Below, one piece after another: positions 38,801 to 51,000 of a stretch of 64,000 nucleotides of DNA. The stretch is taken from assembly GCF_009914755.1 (NCBI RefSeq), contig NC_060938.1, one strand, 5' to 3'. The translations under genes were made by a program, and so were the position numbers. The stretch comes from the human T2T-CHM13v2.0 reference genome, Homo sapiens. The notes under the pieces were generated by a model. That model was not told the origin of the DNA. It did no database searches and was given only the letters and a program-made list of their open reading frames with translations. The first letter of the stretch is position 1. The number at the start of each line of letters is the position of its first letter.

Positions 38801-41800
38801 GAATGGAATGGAGTGGAGTGGAACTGAATAGAATGGAGTGGAACAGAGTCGAATGGAATTGAGTGGAATGGAACGGAATGGAGTGGAATGGAATGGAATG
38901 AAATTGAAGGGAATGGAATGGAATGCGGTGGAGTGAATTGGAATGGAATGGACTGGATGGAGTGGAGTGAAGTGGAATGGAATGGAGTGGAGTGGAGTGG
39001 AATGGAATTGAATGGGATGGAATGGAGTGGAGTGGATTTGATTGGAATGGAGTGAAATGGAGTGGAGTGCAATGGAATGGAGTGGAAGGGAGAGGAATGG
39101 AATCTATTGGAATGGAATGGAATGGAATGGAGTGGAGTGCAATGGACTGGAGAGGAATGGAGTGCAGTGGAATGGAGTTGAGTGGAATGGAATGGATTTT
39201 AGTGGAATGGAAGGGAGTGAAATTTAATGGTGTGGAGTGGAGTGTATTGGTGTGGAATGGCATGGAATGGAATGGAATGGATTGGAGTGGAGTGGAGTGA
39301 AATGGAATGTAATGGAGTGGAATGGAACGGAATGGAGTGGAATGGATTTGAATGCAATGGATTGGAATAGAAAGGAGAGGAGTGGAATGGAATGGATTGA
39401 AGTGAAATGGAATGGAATGGATTGGAAAGGATTGGAGGGTATTGGAGTGGAATGGAACAGAATGGAATGGAGTGGGGTGGAGAGGAAAGAATTTAATGGA
39501 ATTGTGTTGAATGGAAAGGAATGGAATGGAAAGGAATGGATTGGAATGGAGTGGAATGGAATGGAGTGGATTGGAATGGAATGGATTGGAGTGAAATGGA
39601 GCGTACTGGAGTGGAACGGAATGGAGAGGAGTAGAATGGAGTGGGGTGGAACGGATGGTAGTGGAATGGAATGAAGTGGAGTGGAGTGGAGTGGAGTGGA
39701 CGGTATTGGAATGGAGTGGAAAGGAATGCAGTAGAGTGGAATGGAATGGAATGACATGAAATGCATTGGAGTGGAATAAAATGGAGTGGAGAGGAATACA
39801 ATGGAGTGGATTGGAGTGGAATCTAATGAAAAGGAAAGGAATGGAATGGATTGGAGTGGAGTGGAGTGGACAACAGTGGAAAGGAATGGAATGGAAGGAA
39901 TGGAATGGAATGGAGTGGAGTTGAATGGAATGGAATAGAGTGTAGTGCAATAGAATGGAATGGAGTGGAAAGGACTGGAATGCAGTGGAATGGAGTGAAG
40001 TGCATCGGAATGTAATGGAATAGAGTGGAATGGAATGCAATAGAGTGGAGTGGAATGTAGTGGAGTGGAAGGGAATGTAGAGTGGAATGGAATTGGGTGA
40101 ACTGGAATGAATTGGAGTGGAGTGGAGTAGAGTGGAATGGAATGAAATAGAGTGGAGTGGAGTAGAGTGAAGTGGAATGGAATGCATTGGATTTTAGTAG
40201 AGTGGAGTTGAGTGGAGTGGAATGGAATGGAGTGGAGTGGAATGGAATAGAATGGAACAGAGTGGAATGGAGTGGAGTGGATTGGAGTGGAGTGTATTGA
40301 AATGCAGTGGAATAGAATGGAATTAGATGGAATGGAATGGAGTGGAATGGAAGGGAATGTAGTGGAGTTGATTGGAGTGTAGTGGAGTGGAATAGAGTGG
40401 AGTGGAATGGAATAGAGTGGAGTGGAATAGACTGGAATGGAATGGAATGGAATGGAGTGGATTGCAATGGAATGGATTGGAATGGAATGGAATGGAATGA
40501 AATGGAGCGTAATGGATTGGAGTGGAATGGAGTGGAGTGGAGTGGAATTGAATGGAATGGAATGGGCAGGAATGGAGCAGAGTGGAGTGAAAAAGAGTAG
40601 AGTGAAGGGTAATGGAATGGAGTGGACGGGAATGAAATATAATGGAGTGGAGTGGAGTGGAGTGGAATGGATTCGAATGGAGTGGATTGGAATGGAGTGG
40701 AATGGAAAGGAGTGGAGTGCAGTGGAAATGAATCAAGTGTAATGCAATGTAGAGGAGTAGAGTGGAATGGAATGGAATAGGACGGAATGGATTAGAGAGG
40801 AGTGGTCTGGAATGGAATGGAGTGGAATGGAGTGTACTGGAATGGAATTGAGTGGAGTGTAGTGGAATGGAATGGAGTGGAAAGGAATGGAAAAGAATGG
40901 AGTGGAGCACAATGGAGTGGAGTGCAATGGAGTGGAGTGGAATAGAGTTGAGTGGAATGGAATGGAATGCAGTGCAATGGAATGGAGTCAAAATGAATGG
41001 AGTGAGTGGAGTGGATTAGTGTGGAATGTCGTGGAATGGAATGGATTGGATCAGAAGGGAGTGGAGTTGAATGGAAGGGACTGGAGTAGAATGGAATGGA
41101 ATGGAGTTAAATGTATTTGAAAGGAATGGAATGGAGTTGAGTGCAGTGGAACGGAATGGAATGGAGTGGATACGAGTGGAATGGATTTGACTGGAATGGA
41201 TACGAATGGAATGGAGTGGAATGGAACCGAATGTAGTTGAGTAGATTGGAATGGAGTGTAGTGGAATGGAATGAAGTGGAATAGAATGGTATGGAATGGA
41301 TTGTAAAGGAATGGAATGGAGTGGAGTGAAATACAGTGGGGTGGAATGGATTGCAATGTAGTGGAATGCAGTGGAGTGTAACGGAATGGAATGTAGTGGA
41401 GTTGAATGGAGTGGAGTGGAGTGGAATGGAATGGAGTGGAAAGGAAGAGAATGGAATGGAGAGGAGTGCAATGGAGCGGAGTGGAATGGACAGTAGTGGA
41501 ATAGGGTTGAGTGAAATGGAATGGAGTGGAGTAGAATGGAATAGAGTGGAATGGATTGGGGTGGAGTGGAGTGGATTGGTTTGGAATGGCATGAAATGGA
41601 ATGGAATGGAGTGGAGTGGAGTGAAGTGGAATGTAATGTAATGGAGTGAAATGGAACGGAATGGAGTGGAAATGAATGGAATGCAATGGATTTAAACGGA
41701 AAGGAGTGGAGGGGAATTGAATGGAGTGGAGTGAAACGGAATGGAATGGTGTGGAATGGATTGGAAAGGAATGGAGTGTAGTGGACTGGATTGTAAAGGA

Positions 41801-43660
41801 ATGGAATGGAGTCTAGTGGAGAGTAATGGAATGGAATGGAATGGAGTTGAATGGAATGGAGTGGAATGGAGTGGAACAGAATTGAGTGGAGTACAATGGA
41901 ATGGAGTAGAGTGTAATGGAACGGAGTGGATTGGAATGGAGAGGAGTGGAGTGGAATGGAGTAGGTTGAAATGGAGTGGAGAGTAGTGGAATGGAGTAGG
42001 GTGGAATGGAGTGAATTAGAATGGAATGAAGTGGATTGGAGTGGAATGGAGTGGAGTGGATAGGAATGGTATGGAAAGGAAGGGAGCAGAGTGGAAAGGA
42101 ATGGAATGGAATGAAATGAATTGCAGTGGAATGAAATGGAATGATGTGGAATGAAACGGAGTGGAGTGGAGTGGAATTGAATGGAATGGAATGGAATGGT
42201 AAGGAATGGAAAGGATAGGAGTAGAGTGGGTTGGAGTGGAGTGGAGTGCGATGGAAAGGAATGGAAATGAAGGAATGGAGTGGCGTGGAAGGGATTGGAA
42301 TGGAGTGAAATGGAATGGAATGGAGTGGAATGGAATGGAATGGAACAGAATGGATTGGAGCTAAATGGAGTGTAGTGGAATGGAGTGGAGTGGAATGCAG
42401 GGAAGTGGAGTGGAATGGAATGAAATGGAGTGCAATGGAATAGATTGGAGTGGAGTGGAATGGACTGGAATGTAATGGAGGGGATTGGAGTTGAGTGGAA
42501 TGGAATGGAGTGGAATGGCTTGGAATGCAGTGTAAAGGAATGGAATGAAATGGAGAAGATTCAAATGGAATGGAATGGAATGCAATGCAATGGAATGGAA
42601 CTGAATAAAATGGAGTGGACTGGAGTGGAGTGGAACGGAAGTGAATGGAATGGAGTGTAATTGAATGGAGTGAAATGGAGTGGAGAGGAGTGGAGTGGAT
42701 TGGAATGGAATCTAGTGGAGTGAAATGGAGTGGAGTGGAGTGCAGTGGAATACATACTAGTGGAGTTGAATGGAATGTGAAGGAGTGGAATGTAATGGAA
42801 TTGAATGGAATGGAATGGATTGGAATGGAACGGAGTGGATTGGAGTGGACTGGAATTGAATGGAATGGAGTGGAATAGAATGGAATTGAGTGGAATGGAG
42901 TGGAGGGGAGTGGAAGAGAATGGAACGGATTGGAATTGAAAGGAATGGAGTGGAGTGGAGTGGAGTGGAGTGTTGTGGAATGGAATGGAGTGGAATGGAT
43001 TTGAAAGGACTGGAATGTAGTTAAAAGGAATGGAATGGAATGGAATGGAATGGAATGGAATGGAGTGGAATGGAATGCAATGGAGTGGAGTGAAATGGAA
43101 TGGAATGTAGGGGAATGGAATGGAGTGGAGATGAGTGGAATGGAATTTAATGAAGTGGAATAAAGAGTGGTGTCAAATGGAGTGGAGTGGAGTGGAATGG
43201 AATTGAATGGAATGGAGGGTAATGGAGTGGAGGGGAATGGAAACTAGTGGATTGAAATGCATTGGAGTCGAATGGAATGGAATGGAGTGCAGTGGGATAG
43301 AATGGAATGGAGTGGAGTGGAGTTGAAAGGAATGGAGTAGAATAGAAGGGAGTAGAGTGGAAAGGAATGGAATGGAGTGGAATGGAATGCAGTGGAGAGG
43401 AGTGCAGTGGAGTGGAACAGAATGGAATGGAATTGACTGGAATGGAATGGAGTGGAGTTGAATGGAAAGTGATGGAGTGGAGTGGAATGGAATGGAATGG
43501 AATGGAGTGGAATGGAATAGAATGGAACGGAGTGGAGTGGAATTTAATGGAGTGGAGTGGAGTGGAATAGAATAGAATTGAGTGGAATGCAGTGGAGTGG
43601 AGTGGACAAGAGTGGAGTGGAAAGGAATGGAGTGGAATGGATTTGAAAGAGTATAATGTA

Positions 43661-43732
43661 ATGGAATGGAGTGGAATGGAATGGAGTGGAATGGAATGGA
43701 GTGGAATGGAATGGAGTGGAATGGAATGGAGT
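43661..43732 (+). repeat. 15-bp unit (ATGGAATGGAGTGGA) x~4.8
   Basis: Regular GGAAT-GGAAT-GGAGT trimer repeated without interruption; low-complexity background makes chance possible. Confidence 0.7.
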
Positions 43733-45119
43733 AGCATGGAATGGAATGGAATGGAGTGGAATGGAATGAGTGGAGTGGAATGGAATGGAATGGAATGGAA
43801 TGCAATAGAATGGAGTGTAGTGGAATGGAGTTGAGTAGAATGGAATGGAGTGTAGTGAAATGGAGTGGAGTGGGTTGGAAAGGAGTGAAGTGGAGTGGAA
43901 TGGAGTGCAGTAGAATGGAATGGAGAGGAGTGAAATAGACTGGAGTGGAGTGGAAAGGAGTGGATTGGATTGGAATGGAGTGGGGTGGAATGGAGTGTGG
44001 TGGAATGGAGCAGAGTGGAATGGAATGCAGCGGAGTGGAATGGAATAGAGTGGAATGGAGTGGAGTGGTGTGGAGTGGATTAGAATTGACAGGAGTGAAA
44101 TGGAGTGGAATGGAATGGAATGGAATGCAATGCAATGCAATGGAATGGAGGGGAATGTAATGTAGTGGAATGGAGTGGAATGCAGAGGAATGGAGTGGAA
44201 TGGAATGCAGTGGAGTGGAAAAAATGGACTGGAATGGAATGGAATGGAATGGAATGCAATGAAATGCAATGGAGTGGATTGGAAAGGAGTGGTGTGGAGT
44301 AGAATGTAAAGGAATTTAGTGGAATGGAGTAGAGTAGAATGGAATGGAGTGGAGTGAAGTGGAATAGAGTGGAATGGAAAGGAATGGAATGAAATGGGGT
44401 TGAATGGAGTGGAATTGAGTGGACTGGAGTGGAGTGTAATGGAATGGAAAGGAAGGGAGGGGAATGGAATGAAGAGGAATTTAGTGGAAAGGAATACAGT
44501 GGAGTGGAATAAAATGGAGTGGACTGGAATGGAATGAAATGAAGTTTAATTGAATGGATTTGAGTGGAGTTGACTGGAGTTGAGTTGACTGGAATGGAGT
44601 GGAATGGAAAGGAATGGAGTGGAATGGGGAGCAGTGGTGTGAAATAGAATGGAGTGGAGAGGAGTGGAGTGGAATGTAATGGAATGGAGAGGAGTGGAAT
44701 GGAGTGGATTTGAATGGAATTGAGTGGAATAGAGTGGAATGGAGTGGAACAGAGTGGAGAAGAGTGGAATGGATTGGAGAGGAATAAAATGGAGGGGAGT
44801 GGAATGGAGCAGAGTGGAGTGGAGTTGAGTGGAGTGGAATGAAGTGGAGTGGAATGGAGTGGAGTGAAATTTAGTGGAGTGGAATGGAATGCAGTGGAGT
44901 GGAACACATTGGTGTGGAGTGGAATGGAGAGAGTTGAATGGAATGGATTGGCAAGAAATAGAATGGAATCGAATGGAGTGGATTGGAGTAGAGTGGAGTG
45001 GCGTGGAGTGCAATGGAATGGAGGGGAATGGAGTGGAAAGTTGTGGACTGGAATGGAATAGGGCGGAATCTAAAGGAATTTTGTGGGCTATAATGGAATG
45101 GAAAGGAGTGGAATAGAGT

Positions 45120-45318
45120 GGAATGGAGTGGAGTGTTGTGGAATGCAATGGAGTGGAGTCTAAAGGAGTGAAATGAAATGGTGTGAGTGGAATGGAATGG
45201 AGTGGAATGGAATAGAATGGAATGGAGTGGAGTGTTTTGGAATGCAATGGAGTGGAGTTTAAAGTAGTGAAATGAAATGGTGTGAGTGGAATGGAATGGA
45301 GTGGAATGGAATAGAATG
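45120..45318 (+). repeat. ~99-bp tandem duplication
   Basis: AGTGTT(G/T)TGGAATGCAATGGAGTGGAGT(C/T)TAAAG...AAATGAAATGGTGTGAGTGG twice; GTGTGAGTGG at 45181/45280. Confidence 0.88.
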
Positions 45319-45339
45319 GGGTGGAGTGGAGCGGAGCGG

Positions 45340-47310
45340 AATGTAGAGGAGTGTAGTGGAATGGAGTGGATTCGAGTGGAATGGAGTAGAATGGAATGGA
45401 GTGGAGTGGACTGGAATTGAGTGGAGTGGAATGTAGTAGTGTGGAGTAGAATGGAGTAGAGTGGAAAGGAGTGAGCTGGAAAGGAATGGAGTGGTGTAGA
45501 ATGGATTGGAGTGGAAAGGAATTGAATGGAATGGAATGAATTGGAATGGATTGGAATAAAATGGAAACAGTGGATTGGAATGGAGTGGAGTGGAATTGAA
45601 TGGAGTGAAATAGAGTTGAATGGAGTGGATTGGAATGGAGTGGAGTGGAATGGAATGGAATGGAATGGAAGGTAGTGGAATGGAGTAGATTAAAATGGAA
45701 AGGAGAGGAGTGAAATGGATTGGAGTGGAATGGAAGGAGTGCAGTGGAGAGGAGTGGAATGGAGTGGAGTAGAATGGAATGGAGTGGAGTGAAATTGAGT
45801 GGAGTGAAGTGGAAGGAAGTGGATTGGAGTGGAATGGAGGGTTTGGAACAGAAGGGAGTGGAATGGAATGCAGCAGAGTGGAATGGAATGCAGCGTAGTG
45901 GAATGAAATGGAGTGGAAGGGAGTAGAGTGGTGTGGTGTGGAGTAGAATGTTTTGGAGTGGAATGGAGTGGAGTGGATTGGAATGGAATGGAATGGAATG
46001 GAATTGAGGGGAAGAGAATGTAGTGGAATGGAGTGGAATGCAGTGCAGTGGAGTGGAATAAATGGACTGGAGTGGAATGGAATGGAATGGAGTGGAATGG
46101 AATGGAGTGGAATGGAATGGAATAAAATGGAATGGAATGACATGGAGACGAGTGGAGTGGAATGGAGTGGTGTGGAGTGGAATGCAATGGAATATAGTGG
46201 AATGGAGTAGAGCGGAATGGAATGGAGTGGAGTGGAATGGAATGGAATAGAATGGAAAGGAATGGAAATTAAACGAATGGAGTGGAATGGAATGGAGGAC
46301 AGTGGAATGGAAAGAAGTGGAGTGGAATAGAATGGAATGAATGGAATGGAATGAGACGAAGTGGAATTGAATGGAGTATAGTGGAATTTAGTAGTGTGGA
46401 GTGGAAAGGAGTAGAGTGGAAAGGAGTGGACTGGAAAGGAATGGAGTGGTGTAGAATGGATTGGAGTGGAAAGGAATTGAATGGAATGGAATGAATTGGA
46501 ATGGATTGGAATGGAATTGCATGGAATGAAATGGAAACAGTAGATTGGAATGGAGTGGAGTGGAATTGAATGGAGTGAAATGGAGTTGAATGGAGTGGAT
46601 TGGAATGGAATGGAGTGGAGTGGAATGAAATGGAGTGGAATGGAATGGAATGGAATGGAATGGAATGGAATGCAGGGTAGTGGAAATGAGTAGAGTAAAA
46701 TGGAAATGAGAGGAGTGAAATGGATTGGAGTGGAATGGAAGGAGTGCAGTGGAGAGGAGTGGAATGCAGTGGAGTAGAATGGAATGGAGTGGAGTGAAAT
46801 TGAGTTGAGTGAAGTGGAAGGAAGTGGATTGGAGTGGAATGGAGTGTTTGGAATAGAGGGGAGTGGAATGGAATGCAGCGGAGTGGAATGGAATGGAGTG
46901 GAATGGAGTAGAGTGGTGTGGTGTGGAGTAGAAGGTTTTGGAGTGGAATGGAGTGGAGTGGATTGGAATGGAATGGAATGGAATTGAGGGGAAGAGAATG
47001 TAGTGGAATGGAGTGGAATGGAGTGGAATGCAGTGCAGTGGAGTGGAATAAATGGACTGGAGTGGAATGGAATCCAATGGAGTGGAATGGATTGGAATGA
47101 AATGGAATGGAATGGAATGACATGGAGACGAGTGGAATGGAATGGAGTGGTGTGGAGTGGAATGCAATGGAATATAGTGGAATGGAGTAGAGCGGAATGG
47201 AATGGAGTGGAGTGGAATGGAATGGAATGGAATGGAATGGAATGGAATGGAAATTAAAGGAATGGAGTGGAATGGAATGGAGGGCAGTGGAATGGAATGA
47301 AGTGGAGTGG
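45340..47310 (+). repeat. Recent ~0.97-0.985 kb tandem duplication
   Basis: ATGGAAACAG 45561/46531; GAATTGAGGGGAAGAGAATG 46001/46981; CATGGAGACGAG 46141/47121; GGAAATTAAA 46264/47249. Confidence 0.93.
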
Positions 47311-50300
47311 AATAGAATGGAATGGAATGGAATGGAATGAAATGAAGTGGAATGGAATGGAGTTTAGGGGAATGGAGAGAGTGGAATGGATTGGAGTAGA
47401 GTAGATTGGAATGGAGTGGAGTGGATTGGAATGGAATGGGTTCGAATGGAATAGAGGGTAATTGACTGGAATGGAGTGGAATGGAGTACAGTGGAATGGA
47501 ATAAAATGGACTGGATAGGAACGGAATGGAATGAAGTGGAATGGAATGGAGACGAGTGGAGAGGAATGGGATGGAGAGGAGTAGAATGGAGTGGAAAGGA
47601 TTGCAGAGGAATGGAATGGAGTGAAATGAAATGGAGTGGATTGGAGTGGACTGGAGTGGAATTGAATGCAATGGAATGGACTGGAATGGAATGGATTGGA
47701 ATGGAATGGAATGGAATGGAATGGAATGGAATGGAATGGAAGTGAGTGCAGTGAAGTGGAGTGGAGTGGAATGGAATGTAGTGGAGAGGAATGGCATGAC
47801 ATGGATTGGAATGGAGAGGAGTGGAGAGGAATGCAATGGAGTGGAATGGAGTGGAGTGGAATGGAATGGAGTGGAGTGCAGTGAAATGGAGTGGACTAGA
47901 AAGGAGAGGAGAGGAATGCTTTGTAATGGAACAGAGAGGAGAGGACTTGAGAGGGGTGGAATGGAATGGAGTGGAGTGGAATGGAATGGACAGAAGTGGA
48001 ATAGAGTGGCGTGGAGTGGAATGGAGTGGAATGAAATTAAGTGGAGTGGAATGGAATGGAGGGGAGTGGATTGGAGTGGAATGGAAAGGAGTGGAGTGGA
48101 ATGGAATGGAATGGAGAGGAATGGAATGGAATGTAGTGGAGTGGAATGGAATGGAAAGGAATGCAGAGAAATGGAATGGAGTGAAATGAAATGGAGTGGA
48201 TTGGAGAGGAATGGATTTGAGTGGAGTGGAGTACAATCCAGTGGAATGCAGTGCAGTGAAATGCAATGGAATGTAATGGAGAGGAATGCAATGGAATGGA
48301 ATGGAATGGAGTGGAGTGGAATGGAATGGAATGGCATGGAGTTTAATTGTGTGGAGTGGATTGGAATTGAATGGAATGAAATGGAGTGGAATGCAATGGA
48401 ATGGAATGGATTTTAATGGAATGGAGTGGAGTTCAGTGGAGTGGAGTGCAATGGAATGGAATGGTGTAGAGTGGATTGGAATGGCATGGAGCGGAATGGA
48501 GAGGAGTGGGATGGAATGGAACAGAGAGGAGTGGAATAGAGTGGACTGGAGTTAAGTGAAAAGAAATGGAGTGGAATGGAGAGGAGAGGAGGGAAGTGGA
48601 ATGGAATGGAATGTAGTAGAGTGGAATTGAAAGGAGTGAAGTGGAATGGAGTGGAGTGGAGTGGAATGGAGTGGAACGGAATGGATTACAGTGGAATGAA
48701 ATGGAGTGGATTTGAGTGGACAGGAATGGAATGGATTGGAGTGGAGTGGAATGGAATGGACTGGAGTGGACTGGAATGGAGTGGAATGGAATGGAGTGGA
48801 ATGGAATGGAAAGGATTTTAGAGGAATGGAATGGAGTGTAGTGGAATGGAGTGGATTGGAGTGGCGTGGATTGGAGTTGAATGGAATTGAGTGGAATGGA
48901 TTGGACTGGAATAAAATGTAGTCCAGTGGAACGGAGTGGATCGGAGTGGAACGGAGTGGAGTGGATTAGAGTGGAATGGAATGGAGTGGAGTGCAGTGGC
49001 ATACAGCGGAGTGGAATGGAATGCGGTGGAATACAATGGTAAGTAATTCAATGGAGTGGAATGGAATGGAGTGGATTGAAGTGGAGTGGAGTGGTGTGGA
49101 CTGGAGTGGAAAGGAAAGGAGTGGAATGGAGTGGAGTGGAGTGAGGTGGAGTGGAGTGGAATTTAATGGAGTGGAATGGAGAGCATTGGAGTGTAAAGTG
49201 GGGAGTGGAATGGAATGGAGTGGTGAATAGTAGAGTGGAATGGAGGGGAGTGGAGTGGAGTGGTGTAGAATGGAGTATACAGTAGTGGAGTGAAATGGAG
49301 TGGAAGGGAATGGAATGTGGTGAAATTGAATGGAATGGATTTGAATGGAGTGGAATGGAGTGGAGTGGATTGGAAATGAATGGAGTAGAGTGGAATGGAA
49401 TGGAGTGAATTGCAATGGAATGGTATAGAATCGAATGGAGTGGAGTGGAGTAGAGTGAGTTTGAGTGGAGTGGAATTTAATGGAGTGGAATGGAGTGCAT
49501 TGGAATGGAATGGAGAGGAATGGAATGGAATGGAATGGAATGGAAAGGAATGGAACGGAATGGAGTGGAGTGGAATGGATTGGGTTGGAGTGGAGTGGAG
49601 TAGATTGGAGTGGAGTGGAATGGAGAGGAATAAAACAGAGTGGAGAGGAATGGTGTGGATTGCATTGGAGTAGAGTGAAATGGAGTGTGATGGAATGGAA
49701 TGAAGTGGAGTGGAGTGGAATTGAATAAAGTGGAGTGGAATGGAAAGGAGTGGAATGTAATAGAGTGGAAAGGAACGGAATGGAGTGGAAAGGAATGGAA
49801 TGGAGTGGAATGGAGTAGAATGGAGTGGAGTGGAATGGAATGGGGTGGAGTGGAGTGGAAAGGAGTAGAATGGAATGGAATTTAGTGGAATGAAATGAAA
49901 TGGAGTGGAGTAGAGTGGAATGCAATGGAATGGAGTTTAGTGGAATGCAATGGAATGGAAGGGAGGTGAATGTAATGTAATGGAATGGAGTGGAGTAGAG
50001 TGGAATGGAACAGAATGGAGAGGAATGAAGTGGAGTGGCGTGGAATTGAATGGAATGGAATGGAGTGGAATCGAATGGAATTTAATGGAATGGAATGGAA
50101 TGGAGTGGAGTGGAGCGGAGTGGAATGGAATGGAGTAGAGGAATGGAATTGCATGGAGGGAAAAGGAGAGGAGTGTAGAGGAATGGAGTTGAATGGAATG
50201 GACTGGAATGGAAAGGAGTGGCGTGGAATGAAATGGAATGTAAAGGAATGGAATGTATAGGAATGAAGTTTAATGGAGGGGAATGGAGTGGAGTTTAATG

Positions 50301-50399
50301 GAATGGATTGGAGTGGAAGGGAATGAAGTTGAATGGAATGGAATGGAGTGCAGTGGAATGGAGTTTAGTGGAATGGAATGGAGTGGAGTGGAATGGAGT

Positions 50400-51000
50400 G
50401 GAGTGGAGTGGAATGGATAGAGTTGAATGGAATGGAATGGACTAGCACGGAATGGAATATAATCAATTTCAGTGGAGTCAAGTAGAGTGGAGTGGAGTGG
50501 AATGGAATGGAGTGGAGTGGAGTGGAATGTTGTAGAGCGGAATGGAATGGGGCAGAATGGAATGCAATGGAGGGGGATGTAGTGGAATGGAAAGGAGTGG
50601 AATGGAGTGGAACAGAATTGAATGCTGTGGAATGAAATGGAGTGAATTCTAAATGAGTGGAATGAAATGGAGTGAGGGGAATAGAATGGAGTGAAATGGA
50701 ATAGAATGGAGTGGAGTGTAATAGAGTGGAGTGCAATGGAATGGAGTGTAGTGTAGTGGAATGGAGTGCAGTTGGGTGGAATGGAGTGGAATCGAATGGA
50801 GTGGATTGGAATGGAATTGAGTAGAGTGGAATGGAGTAGTGTGGAATGGAATGGAGTGGAATTGAAATGCGTGGACAGGAAAGGAATGGAGTGGTGGGGA
50901 ATGGATTGGTGTGGAAAGGTATGGAATGGAATGGAATGAAGTGGAATGGAAAGGCATGGAATGGAATGGAAAAGAGTAGATTGTAGAGAAGTGGAGTGGA
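50400..51000 (+). repeat. Older diverged paralog of about 44920-45600 (offset 5489, falling to ~5400)
   Basis: GAGTTGAATGG 44931/50420; CTAAA 45160/50649; GTGAG 45183/50672; AAGGAATGGAGTGGTG 45481/50881. Confidence 0.75.
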
